Part shown: piece by piece, positions 23,791 through 35,267 of the stretch | Numbering within the stretch: the first letter of the stretch is position 1 | Layout: each line of letters begins with the position of its first letter | Assembly: GCA_977018835.1 (NCBI GenBank) | Contig: OZ361259.1 | Location: 3,162,001 to 3,226,000 of the forward strand | Direction: 5' to 3' | DNA from: Minutocellus sp. GHC0000111 | Taxonomy: Eukaryota | DNA length: 64,000 bases | Program-made: the position numbers and the translations under genes | Notes under the pieces: model-generated | Seen by the model: only the letters and a program-made list of their open reading frames with translations | What the model was told of the DNA's origin: nothing | Database searches by the model: none

Positions 23791-26120
23791 TCCCCTCCCG
23801 GGGTGTCCCCCAGAAGTCCGAAGTCGGCCGCTTCACTTTCCCACGGCCGCTTCGGAGAAATGTCATTCTCCTTGTTTTGTCGGCGCCACGTGACGTGGCA
23901 AAACGTAAAATGAGTTTCTGAGTGGGCAAATGGCGCCGACGATTTTCAGAAGTTGAATTTTTGCAAAAAAATACTGCTTGTAAAGAGCTAACAAAACGGA
24001 CGACACGTCAAAAACAACACACCAGAAGTGAAGAAAAAGCAAGGTCCCAAACGCAGGGGAACATTTTTGTTAGGGGAAACACGCGCAAAAGAGCCCTCTT
24101 GGTCCCCTATTTTCATAATATCGTCGGCGCCATTCGCCCACTCAGAAACTCAACTCTTATTGCTAGCACCTCCACCGCGTTTCTGTTTCTGGCGGTGCTG
24201 CTCGAAAAAGACTGCATGCTGCTCGTGAAAGTGGCTCTTTCTCCTCTCGCTCGCTCGGCCTTCACGAGTATGGCTTATTATGCAACCATGAGACTGTCTA
24301 CCGCTCTCGCTCCGCTGCTCTACCTGTTTTTTTGCGGCGCCCCAGCGTCGCACATTTACACGAGCGCGGCCCCTGCTGCAGCGCCTGCCGCTGCCGCTGC
24401 ACCTCCTGCGGCTCCCGCCAATGCCGCCGGCGTCGTCCCTCTCCCCGAGGACGAGGCCCTCGATCCTACCGAAGTCGTTCACAAAGCCACCACGACGGAC
24501 ACGAAGAACAGCTACCGTGATATATGCACTGATTTTTGCGTGTATTTATACGACTCGGGCGACGAATTCGTCTTGGCCCCTTCCACTCGCACCGCCTTCA
24601 ACGCCATCGACGCTCAGTACGATGATACGCCGAAAGGAAAAAAGCAGCGGACCGACGCAATGCGAGCCAAAGTGAAAGAGTGGCTCGTCGTTGACGAAAA
24701 GAAGAAAGCAGGTAGCAGGCAGCAGCACAAACTGCTTGATTTCCGGCGATACAAGCCCGAGGTGGTTGTGAAGTATATGTGCTCGCGGAAACAAATTAAA
24801 AAGAATCCATCGACCGGGCAGAAGGAGGAGAGACTGCTTGGGAACAGCAGGTACAGCGCCATTCGAACTGCGCTTATGACGTACCTGGCGGAAGTATACG
24901 ATCATGAGTGGACGTCGAAACAGCTGGCATTCATGAAAAAGGCTTTGAAGGGAATCAGCAAGGAGACATCGAAGTCGGCCCAGAACAAGGGCAGGCAGGA
25001 TGACATGGAGCCAGGCAAGAAGGCCATGAGTTTTGAGCTCTATGAGAAGACGAATCAGTGGCTTATTGAGCAGGGCGACCGATCGGCGGTAGATGAATTC
25101 GATGCAGAGTGTTCTTTTGGCTTTGGCGGCAGGAAATGGCAGTGCCGGCGACAATGCACCTCGTGGAGCTGTTCCCGAGGCCGATGCTGAGCTGCAGAGA
25201 CACGGTGGTTGGAAGTTTGTGCATGGAAAGCACAGGCGGGTGCCGGCCTCCTTTCGATTTCCGGATTCTACGCCAGAGAATCTTTTGGAGCATTGGTTTG
25301 TAGGGAGCGAGATACTTCAGGTGCCGCCACTAGAAATGCTTGAAACAGACGATGTCAGGTGGCAGATTCGTGGGGATAAAAATCTTCGAGATGCTAGGGC
25401 ACTAGTCAAGTCAGTTGTAGATGAAGCCAAAAGGCAAGGCATTTGGGGAGATGGAAAGCACACTGCAGCAGAGTTGCGCCAAATTTATCGTCGGTGCCGG
25501 GACAACCTTGGAATTGCCGGCAATGTTACCAATTCTTGGAAGACAGCTCTTAGGAAGGTCCGAGAAAAGAAAAGAAGAGATGGAGGTGGGAGAGTGACTA
25601 GCAGGACAAACTCTGGGCGGAAGAGGAATCGAACTGTGAATAATGCTGGCAGGGTGGATTGCAACCCTCACCACCGGAACAAGCAGCCTAGATCTAGTGG
25701 TGGAGGTGGAGGTGCAGCTGGAACCGGCCCTTTGCTTAGATCTCGTGGAGAAAGAATGGTAGCACAGGGACTTGAAGCCCTGGCACCGTCTGTAGGTACG
25801 GCCCAAGCTACTATTCACCAAGTGCAAGGACAATCATTTGTAGATAGCGTTGTAGGAGCAAGTGCCGGCACTACCGGTAGATCTGCTGGTGGTGGAGTTG
25901 AGCATGTCTGACTTGCTTCTTGTGCTACACGTATTTCAGGCACATTGCATACGTAGTTTACATGTAATAGTATATATTGATCATATGTTGTATCTAGTTA
26001 GTAGATGTTGCCATCGTTAGTGTTTTTACATGGGTTTAGGTTCTTATTTGCTACATTGATTCTCGCCCTCGAGCCTCGTCCGAGACTTAGAAATTTCTGC
26101 GCGAGCCTTCGGCGTCGGCT
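23790..26120 (+). mobile_element. Crypton-like tyrosine-recombinase element with the catalytic core deleted
   Basis: ORF ~24270-25088 (YSAIRTAL...GKKAMSFELYEK) is joined out of frame to 25093-25911 (RRVPASFRFP...LLEHWFVG...VPPL...SWKT). Both resemble flanking parts of stramenopile Crypton YR proteins; no R-H-R-Y core is present. Boundaries are approximate. Confidence 0.55.
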
Positions 26121-28640
26121 TTAAGAGGGCGAAGTCCATAACTTTTAGGAAGCCCCCAAAATGCGTGTTTTGTGCCGTTTTTTCTTCTCACCATCGCCAA
26201 AGTTAGCACTCCAACGTGACAATGGGCTCCTCATCGAAGGCCGCCGCTCTCCACAGTGGCGAAGAGTCATCGACGTTCCTTTCAGCATTAAGTCGGAAAT
26301 CCCTCCAGGAACACTTGGTTCAGAGGAACTTCGATGAATCAACTCTCCCTCAGAAATGTAACAGTCGACGTGCACGTCATCGTCGGATCGACCGAAATTA
26401 GTCTCGGCCGACGCATGACCAGCATTGGTGGTGCTGGTGGGAAGATATCTTGAAGTTTTGCTGTTGGGAGGTAAGGGGATATTTGTTTGGGGTATTTTTG
26501 CACGTCTCCCTCATTTGGGGTTCTTTTTGTAAGGCTCTCATCGAAAAGCGCATCTTGCGCCAGAACCGACACAAAACAAAAAAACAACCATGGAAACATC
26601 ACGTGCTAACGCCAAGGAGGCAATCCTCTCACTCTTGCTCTCATTCCCAGACGACGTCAGATGTACTTACTACACTATTGATGAGCTTGTCCGCATCTTG
26701 ATGCGCGGTGGCGTGTCGCCGAGCTTAGAGATCTCTCTTGTTCGATCATCTCTTCAACACGTCCCAACACGACACGAGGTCAACATCCAACGACGACGTC
26801 CAGAGAAAATGTCAGGCCTTGACGTTGCAAAGCCCTTCTACCGCTTCTCCAGAATAGCCGATAACGCCAGCCCACGCTCTCAACGCAATGGCAAGCGATC
26901 ACTGCCGACCACACCTGAAAATTGCTTCCAGGACGATGAAAAGCATGGGCCCCATCTCAACGCGACACTGAAATATTATTCCGACAAGAATTCTTCGGGC
27001 GGTCGGTCATCTACTCCCACCGCCAACGCTACCGATCGTCCCAACATCACCGGCGTGCAGCTCAACGGCAAAAGAATTGTGGTTGAGATGAAGCAGCTGC
27101 ATGATTTCGTACAGAATCTCCACTGATCGTGCGGCAATCTGCATCTCTCGGCCGAGCCAGTTCGGCGTGGATTCGGCGTTACATTAGAATGGCGATGCGA
27201 TAGATGCAACCAACCTTTTTCTTTTTGCACTTGGATCGGCCAGAGGTCAGAAGTTGTGTGCCCCGGCAGAAAGCATTCTAGAAGTCAGGCTGGAATGAAC
27301 TTGGAGCTGATGGAGGCAGCGGAAGATGAGGCCATGTGCGCAAGTCGCTTCATGAATTTCTGCACGAAGGCCGACATCGTCCATCCGACCGAAAAGAATG
27401 CCTTGGAGTGATGGCAAGCTCGATGAGGAATGGAGCTCGGGGAATCAATTCGATGGCGACATGTTGGAGATTAGTGACGACACGATTCGCAAGATGACGC
27501 TTGAAATAACCAAGAGAATCAACAAGAACACTGCCGACTCCAACTGCAAGAAGGAATCTACCACCGGCGTCGAACAGCTCAACGGGATGGTGACGAAGTT
27601 CACGATGGGGAAAAGGCCGAATTTGACTGCTTCAGACGCCTACCCAAATGCAACAAGTAGAGCCGCTGGCCACAAGTCACTGGGCACGGAATTCAATGAG
27701 CGAGTTCTTGGAAAGTTGGGATCGAGGGATTCTCCTACCCGAAAAGATGGATTCGATGCAATTGACCGGAAGCTCGAGGGCGACCTTGCGCGTAAGCGCA
27801 CCGATGAGTACAAAAAGAGCAAGAGCGACAGCAAGCGCCTTCGAGCAGCCTTGCGAAACAGAAGCGAGAAAGACGACAAGGACTATGTGTACAAGAAGAA
27901 CAGGGCCCTAGCTGCTGGTAAGGCGAAACCAGCAAAGCCTGGCCGCAAGAAGAAGATTGACCAGCAGTGTCAGAAATGCAAGCAGCTTGGCCACACTCGG
28001 GCTGAATGTCAATGCGACGATGCTGACGACGTTGTCGTTTACGCCGGAAAGAAGCGCAGAAGCCCAGGCAGCAACAAGAAATCTGCAAGAAATAATAAGA
28101 AAGCTAAGACAAACTTCGGTGTATCGGCAAATGATGTTAGCTCTTGGATGCCGGCGATACTGAGAGAAAATGGCAGCTTGTAAACACGTGTAAAATATTT
28201 TATCACTGTAAATAAAAATGGATTTATTGTGTGCTGTTACTCACGTGCTACGCACATTCTTGTTATCTACATGTGTTGAGGTAATGATTATGCATTTTCC
28301 TCTTCTTCTTCCTCTTCATCTTGATGACCAGGGATGAATCCAACATATCGTTCACCTTTATCATTTGGATAAATGAACCTAATGCAAAAGACTAGACAGG
28401 TTGGCAAGGGCTTCCGATCAAGCCAACCTCTCACATGATACACCTCAGTTGCATAGTACCAATACAGCATGTTCCTCTTCAAATTATTTGCCATGGCTTC
28501 GACTGGCATGGTGGTTGCGTAGTATTTGTCAGCGATATCCTCCATTTACCCGCATATTTCGGAGAATCTTTATGTTGGCAATGCGATATTGGGGCATTAT
28601 CAACCTTTTTCTCATCAGAACACATACCTCAATTTATGTC
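26121..28640 (+). mobile_element. Kolobok-like DNA transposon, internally deleted, right end missing
   Basis: TTAA at 26121-26124 followed by GAGGGCGAAGTCC. Transposase pieces 26590-28183: Cys cluster H*SC...RCDRC, MNLEL, TTGVEQLNG final-Glu region, CCHC knuckle CQKCKQLGHTRAEC. A convergent KolX-like ORF follows. Confidence 0.65.
28288..28545 (-). pseudogene. KolX-like (P2X7 C-terminal ballast/nanor-like) accessory protein, 5' part degenerate
   Basis: NNLKRNMLY...RKPLPTCLVFCIRFIYPNDKGERYVGF matches the R.PLP.C....IR..YP...G.Y.GF motif; in-frame stops lie upstream. Confidence 0.6.
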
Positions 28641-28656
28641 AACAAACGCAAAACAG

Positions 28657-29431
28657 CGGAATCTGCGGTCTGGCCCGTCTGTCCAAGCGTTCCCTTGTGG
28701 CCGAATGCTCATTCATGATGAGCGGCATCCTCTCCGCGACGGCCTGCTCTCCCACCTGCCCTTTGCACCCGTACCTGCGCGGTACCGTCGAGGACCTGGC
28801 CCTCCCCACAGCCGCCACGTCCTTCATCGGATCCGTCCTCACCACCCTCTTCTGCGGAATGGCCTTGCCCCGCTTCTTCCAGGAGGCACCCACCCCCGCA
28901 AGCGATAGCGACACCGACAAGATCCGCAACGACGACAAGATCAACAACGTCCGCAAGCTCGGGCCGGGATTTGCCTCCGGTTCCCTCTTTGCCCTCGGTC
29001 TGATCATCAGTGGTATGGTCAAATCCTCCAAAATTTATGGCTTTTTGAACTTCAAGGGGTTCGCCGACGGCAGTTGGGACGGCACCCTCATGTTCGTCAT
29101 GGGGGGCGGTTTGGTCGTGAGCATGGCGTCGTATCAGTTCGTTAAGGGATTTGGCATCCAGGACAACGCCAAGGCACTCACGTGCCCTCTGGCGTTGAAG
29201 AAGTCGACGGGCAAGTTTTCCGTCCCCACCAACAAGGTCATCGACGCCAACTTGGTGTTTGGTGCGGCCATCTTTGGATTTGGGTGGGGCATCGGCGGTC
29301 TCTGTCCCGGACCGGCCATTGCCAACGCCGCGGTGGGATATCCGCACATTCTTTTTAGATGGTGGCCGGCCTTTTTCGCCGGGTCGTTCCTTGGACAAAA
29401 GCTCAAGGATTTGATGGCCAAGAAGAAGTAG
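28657..29431 (+). pseudogene. YeeE/YedE family thiosulfate/sulfur transporter, 3' exon only
   Basis: Acceptor ...aaacag| then GICGLARLSKRS (second half of the GCTSGHGICG motif), FALGLIISGM...WDGTLMFVMGG and FGFGWGIGGLCPGPA. No 5' exon was found in the window. Confidence 0.75.
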
Positions 29432-29644
29432 GGCGGTGCAACGGTGTGAAGCTACGGCGGGCTAAACCCTTTTTTGTTTTTGGGATTATATATTCACAAT
29501 TGGAACGGTTCGATATCTGAGCTCCGAGATTTGCCCACCAAACTAGCCAAGTCAAATGTGTCGACTGGAAGTTCCATAGATTTGTGTTTTATACTAGATA
29601 TTCACACGGTAGACAAATTTTTGTCTTTCTTTCGTGCAGCTAGC

Positions 29645-31801
29645 TTAGCTCATCATATCGGAATCCAATGGACCGCACCACTCTGCAATATCATCCAAAG
29701 ACAAATTGAGAATGTTCATCTCTTCAAACAATTGCACAGCCGCTCTACCCTTGCTCGAATCGCGCTCCAGCAATCGTCCCTTGGCATATCTATGCTGCGC
29801 ATCGCCGGCCAGTATTATGGCATTTCCCCCCGCCTTGGGCAGGGCCGTCTCCAAGTAGCGTTCGGGCACTTTGTCGAGGACTTCCCCGTCGGCCATTTGG
29901 ATGGTTGCGTGAGCTCCACCCGGCAGCACGTCCATGACAACCCTTCTCCTTGTACTGCCGTCCCTTGGCAAGCTTTTTAGTAATCACACGAACTCGAATG
30001 TTGGGCGTAAGCCAGCGAAGGGATTCGGACGCGGCATTGGTATTGCTTTTACCTGAGCTGCGCCGATCATCGTTGCTCCGATTGTCCCTATCATATCGAT
30101 CGCTCCTCTCCTTCTTGCTGCGCTTCCTATCTCGGGACGGTTCATAATAGTCATCATCACGGTCACGCCGCCGGATTCTGTCCCGATCCCTATCCTCGTC
30201 TCTGGAAGAACGGGGACGATCATCATGTTCCCGACTTGAGCGGCTCTTCTTCCTATCCCGTCGGTCGTCCTAGTCTCGATATCTGTCGCGTCGGTCTCGA
30301 TGATCATATCTATCTCGTTTGCGATGTTTGTCGGAATATCTCTCAGCCGATCGACTCGATCTGCGCCGATCATCGTCGCTATCGTCTCTGCGTCCTCTTC
30401 CGGACCGATCTCCACCTCCACTGGACTCCTTCTTTTCTTCTTCGCTGTTGTCTCTGCCAGCGCCTGTTCTCCTGCCGTCAATATTGGGGGCAGCAGCCTC
30501 CACAAAGGGCTTATCGTCGAGCTCCGCCTGTTCCACTAGTACCACATCACTCTTGCGTACGGATATATCCTCGGTGGTACCCTCGTACTTAATCAGCACT
30601 TGGTTCAATCCCGGCACCCCGCTGGTTTTGACCATGATGGCTCGCTTCCTATTAGTACCACCACCACCATCAATATCCCGCACCCGAACCACACTCCCCA
30701 CCTGGACCGTCCGCTGCTTGTCCAACCTGGCCCTTTCGGCCGCTCTTCTGTGAAATTCCTCCTCATCTTTCTTTTCGCGCTCGGCACGTTCCACCTCGTG
30801 CGAACGGAGGGCCCGATGCCGTCCGCCCGGTTTGGTCATGGTGCCGCCATCCTTGCTGGACAGAGATACCGGCCGGGGAGCCGCGCCGAGCCCCAGCCGA
30901 TGATGGCGGGGTTTCATCATGCCAGTGTCGTCATCGTCATTGTTGTTGTTGCTGCCATTCTTCTTGTTACCCATGAGTGTCCCCACCGGTCCAACCCATG
31001 CCACGGAGCATGGCGGCACCGAATTCCGATATGGGAACATTAGCATAAGCCTCGCTCTCCACGTCCAGATCATCGGCCTGGCGGGCCAGATCCCGCTTGA
31101 ATTCCTGAGTTTCGTCGTCCTGGTTTTGGTGACTTCCACCACCCGCTTTTGTGCCGCGCATGACCTGGGCCATGAGCTCGTTGGTGTTTTCCTCTTTTTT
31201 AATGACGAGATCTCCCCGTGCGTCAAAGTTGGTATCGCCGACGGCACCCCCGGCAGTGCGATTTTGGGCTCGGTCGGTGGCCGAGCGGATCAGCGCCTCG
31301 GCGGCCGCCGCGTCATAATCTCCATTTGCATCGGGATCAGGTTTGATTGCGACATCCTCATCCTCTGATTTGACGGGATCACCGCTGGCAGCTTTATCAT
31401 CATCTGCACTCGCACCAGCTTCTCCATCATCTTCAGTCTTGAGGGCCTGCGCTCTGCCGGCTAACAGCGGCCTGGTCCTCCCCCCTGCACTTCCTCCACC
31501 CACACACGGGATGACCAGGTCCTCCTTTCTATTCTGCGCAACTTCCACCGCCCGATCGGCTATTGTCTTGTTGGCATCTTCGGATTCCTGGGCCAACGCC
31601 AACGTGGACGTGGCAAAGTGCTCGTTTGCGTTTGATGAGGTAGATGTGCCGGTTTTCTTCCTCTTCTTCTTGCCAAGGGAAAGCGATACCTTGGGCTTGG
31701 CGACAGAGTTGTTGTTGCTGGTGTTGTTAGGAGGAGGTGGTGCAGCATCTTGTGCGGTATCGGCTGCCTTAGGAGCAGCGGTGCCGTCCCTGCCCTCCAT
31801 G
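29645..31801 (-). pseudogene. GPKOW: G-patch and KOW splicing factor (GPKOW/Spp2/MOS2-like), disrupted
   Basis: YANVPISEFGAAMLRGMGW, RHHRLGLGA, WLTPNIRVRVI and YLETALPKAGG motifs. Frameshifts at ~30975 and ~29942 (G-runs); in-frame TAG at 30270. Confidence 0.8.
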
Positions 31802-32019
31802 GCTCTGCAACGAAGAAATGAACATGGAGCTATCAACACTCGAACATAAGCCAAACATGTCATGCGTAGCAGCAAGCGGCGTCCGGTTTCGTCTGGTCGC
31901 CGACCGTCAAGAGCCGCCATCGGCCGCCCGCCCAGCGCCCAGCGCCATGCAGCAGCAGGTGTCAATGCTGAAAGATACGAAGATACGCCACTTTTCATTC
32001 ATAGAAGGAAGCAGCGACG

Positions 32020-33669
32020 ATGGACCTCTCCAACCTTCTCAAATGCCCTGTCTGCTTCGAGGACTTCGATTGCGACGTAACGAGCTTCTCCACCGAAGAG
32101 GAGAGGCGCTCCTCTCGTCTTCCCGTGCTCTCTCATCAGTGTTCTCACAAGATCTGCGCGTCTTGCCTAAACAATTGGCAGCTCGTGGAAATATCCATTC
32201 AGAAATCCATAAAGGCAAAGGCACCGAAGTGGTTTAAATGTCATTCTTGCAAGGAAAAGACGGCATTTAATGCCGAGAAAATGAAGGTCGATCTATATGC
32301 ATGTGGGGCGATTGCTAGTTTGAAGGCCGGCGGGTCAACTGCGAGCGAGCCTCAGTCCATCGTGACCTTGAAGAATAATAAACCTGAGTCCGATAAAGAG
32401 ACAGATTTGGAAGGGAAAGCCTTTGCGAACATGGAGCTTATTTTGGAGGCAGGGGCGGCAAGAAGAAGGATGCCACAATTTGATCCATCCTCAGAATGGA
32501 AACATGGCTCTGATAATAATATTCAGAGATTGGCGATGACGCCATCGATTACATCTCACGTAGACAGGAAGAGAAAGTTTCTTGAAAGGGCTCTCGAGGA
32601 GGGAAAAAGTGCAGGGCGGTTGCAAGTTGCCATTGATCGTGACGAGGAAATGCAGTCTGTGGAAGAGTTTCTTGGAAACAGTGCGTCGAGGCGTAATTCA
32701 CACCTTCACTGCAAGCAAAGAGAAAAGAAGCAGAAAGAAACTAAAGAAAATGGCAAAGAAACAAATGCAGCTGCTGCCGTCCCTAACCGATCCATCTGCA
32801 TATTTGATCTGAGCAAACGCCTCGCGCAGGTAGGTGTCGGATCGAGAGTTGCGATATACTGGCCTTTGGAAAACACACACTATCCCGCCACGATTATTGT
32901 GAAGCATGAAAGATGGCCCCATACGTACAAATTTCTATACGATGATGGGGAGAAAGAATCATTCGATTTGAGCGAGCATCAGCAGTTCCAGATTCTGGAC
33001 GATGCAGTGCCCAAAGCTGCTCTTGACTCCATTGCTGCATATAATCCCCCCCAAAATTATCTTTCCTGTCTTCCAAAAAGCCACGCAGCTGCATCCAACA
33101 CTCCGAAAAATTGTCGCTTTTCGGCCGAGCATGAGCGTCGCCAGCTGAATGATCCTTGGCTGGCCGTCACACCAGGGGTCAAGGCGGTGAATGTGGCTGC
33201 AGTGCGCAAGCCTCCCCGCTTTCGTGGTGAGGTCAAGGCATGCAAATCGTCCAAGCAAACAGCCCCCAAGCCCCCACCTTTGAGGAAACAAAGAATCCCT
33301 CCCATGTACCGCGATCCGAAGAAGACGTACTACTACAATCGGACCGTTAAGCCCAAGAAAAAGACTGATTCCTCGGCGGCGTACTACTTTGTGCTAAACT
33401 TTGACGAGAACACCCAAAAGATCCAGCTCATCCCCCTCGAAATCCGCGGCACCTTCATTGGTAGGAGGGAAGGCCGACCCAAGTGGAAGGCTACGGTACT
33501 CCCGCGACCTGAACCTATTCCAGGAGTCAGTGCCAATGAGCTGGGGAACAGATATCTCGCCAGCATGGGCGTCTTCACCGCCAATGCTGAGGACTATGTT
33601 GTCGTCGAGTCGGACTCTGTTCACAAATGTGTTGGCGTCAGGGAGGACAGCTGGGACATCTTTGGTTGA
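32020..33669 (+). CDS. RING-finger plus Tudor-like protein with an unrelated C-terminal domain
   Basis: CPVC...CSHKICASC...CHSC; VGSRVAIYWPLENTHYPATI...YDDGEKE; intact 549-aa ORF. Confidence 0.75.
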   Translation: MDLSNLLKCPVCFEDFDCDVTSFSTEEERRSSRLPVLSHQCSHKICASCLNNWQLVEISIQKSIKAKAPKWFKCHSCKEKTAFNAEKMKVDLYACGAIASLKAGGSTASEPQSIVTLKNNKPESDKETDLEGKAFANMELILEAGAARRRMPQFDPSSEWKHGSDNNIQRLAMTPSITSHVDRKRKFLERALEEGKSAGRLQVAIDRDEEMQSVEEFLGNSASRRNSHLHCKQREKKQKETKENGKETNAAAAVPNRSICIFDLSKRLAQVGVGSRVAIYWPLENTHYPATIIVKHERWPHTYKFLYDDGEKESFDLSEHQQFQILDDAVPKAALDSIAAYNPPQNYLSCLPKSHAAASNTPKNCRFSAEHERRQLNDPWLAVTPGVKAVNVAAVRKPPRFRGEVKACKSSKQTAPKPPPLRKQRIPPMYRDPKKTYYYNRTVKPKKKTDSSAAYYFVLNFDENTQKIQLIPLEIRGTFIGRREGRPKWKATVLPRPEPIPGVSANELGNRYLASMGVFTANAEDYVVVESDSVHKCVGVREDSWDIFG

Positions 33670-33674
33670 TTTTG

Positions 33675-33884
33675 ATTGAGTTTGGGGTGTACAGTGGAAT
33701 GGATTTTCGCAGTGGAGATATTTTGGTATTTGACCCTTCCACCAAAGCCAAGGTGCTGCGTGGCATCGAAAGCATTGTGCATCAAGAAGAGGATGCCTAT
33801 AAAATTGACGACGGCCTGATTCAAAGACATCCAACACTGAAGCAATATCGATTTGGTATTCAGTGTCGGGCCAAACCGGCATAG
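33675..33884 (+). pseudogene. 3' remnant of a duplicate AlkB-like dioxygenase gene
   Basis: Near-identical to ~35690-35920 (ttgagtttggggtgtacag...atggattttcgcagtggagatattttggtatttga), with a ~20-bp deletion and the 5' half absent. Confidence 0.85.
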
Positions 33885-34027
33885 ATAAAGTATGCATCAA
33901 AAACTGTAGGGGAAGAGGCAGCGTATGTGAATAATCTACCTGATGCCCACAAAACGGATCATTATCTATCGGTTAATAAAGATGTTGTATCAAATATCAA
34001 TGTGAAATGTACATGTAGATGTTGAGA

Positions 34028-34888
34028 CTATCTAATGCGATGTTGCCGAAGCGCCTCAACGAGAGACCGCAGAATACGGAGCTGCTTGGCCTTGGTAACT
34101 TCCAAGCCAACAAAATCACCAATGAGCTTTCGAATCCCAGGATTTCCGCTGAGACACTGAAGAGTACAGTTTTGGCCGTTCAGGGAAGTCGGCTGCAGAG
34201 TACCGAGGAGGAATGTTACCACCGACGAATGAGCTTGCAAAACGTCTTTGGACCAGTTCACAAGCCGCTGGCAGGTGGTGTAAACATTAGAACTAAGGGC
34301 ACGGTGCCATCGACGATGGATCCATTCTCCGACATTGTCCGACTCGCCATCGGGACAAAGAGCGCCGTGCAAGACAAGCCACTTGGTAAGGTCATAATAC
34401 TTTGTCTCTCCACGCTCTTCAGTCCCTGCCCGTAGGAAGGGTGTCCAGCCAGGGTCGTTCGTGAGTCGGACACTATCCTGCGCACCATTTGCATAAAGGA
34501 CCTTGCAAATATCGAGACGGCCCTCGACCACGGCCACGTGCATTGGGCTATTTATTTTTCCAGCCCCCTTGGTCGTCGACGCTCCTCGGGATATTAGATA
34601 CCGCATCATTTTCAAATCCCCTTGCCCTGCGAAGTAGGTCATGGGAGTGGTCTCCTGCAGAAATAGGTTTTCGTTGAGATAGACATTGTCCAAGGCCGCA
34701 TCGTCGGGGTCGAAACCAGACTCCCCTTCTCCCCAGCCGCCCAACGGCCAGACATGAGCATTTCTCAACATCTTGCGGGCGGTGGCCTCGTCGTACATGG
34801 GACCGCCGAGCGCTTCTACATACACCTCGCCGCTTTCGCAAACTTTTTGCTTCTTACTCCGAGGCAGCCAGCCTTCATTGTTGGACAT
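34028..34888 (-). CDS. Ankyrin-repeat protein (paralogue 1)
   Basis: TPMTYFAGQGDLKMMRYLISRGA, SPMHVAVVEGRLDICKVLYANGA, GWTPF. Confidence 0.8.
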   Translation of the reverse strand: MSNNEGWLPRSKKQKVCESGEVYVEALGGPMYDEATARKMLRNAHVWPLGGWGEGESGFDPDDAALDNVYLNENLFLQETTPMTYFAGQGDLKMMRYLISRGASTTKGAGKINSPMHVAVVEGRLDICKVLYANGAQDSVRLTNDPGWTPFLRAGTEERGETKYYDLTKWLVLHGALCPDGESDNVGEWIHRRWHRALSSNVYTTCQRLVNWSKDVLQAHSSVVTFLLGTLQPTSLNGQNCTLQCLSGNPGIRKLIGDFVGLEVTKAKQLRILRSLVEALRQHRIR

Positions 34889-35267
34889 GATGTAGTGATA
34901 TTACTTTCTTGCCGAATCGATACGAACTGGTCAGGGACTGAAGGATAACAAGCAAGAATAACAAGCAAAACTCTATCTCTCGAGGTCTCGCGAGGGAGGC
35001 GCCGTGGGGAGCCGAGAGAGCAGCAGGCAGGATACTAGTAGGAGTGGGACGGCGTTGCAAAAGTTGATAATAAATTTTGAGAATGAGCAGAGAATGAGAG
35101 CAAAAATTTGCGAAGCACCTACAGTTCCGGGATTCGCTCGTCGGTCGCGTCGCCGCTCGTATCGTCGCTCGTCCAAGCTTGGCTCGTCCTCCATTCTTGA
35201 CTGCGCGTGGTATTGTTATTGTCTGCTTCGATCAAAACAGTTTGCCTTTGTCAACTCAAACAAACAA

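Noticed and set aside
4922..26070. One giant Kolobok element bounded by GAGGGCGA (4922) and TCGCCCTC (26063-26070)
   Set aside because: Only an 8-bp match and no TTAA after the right copy.
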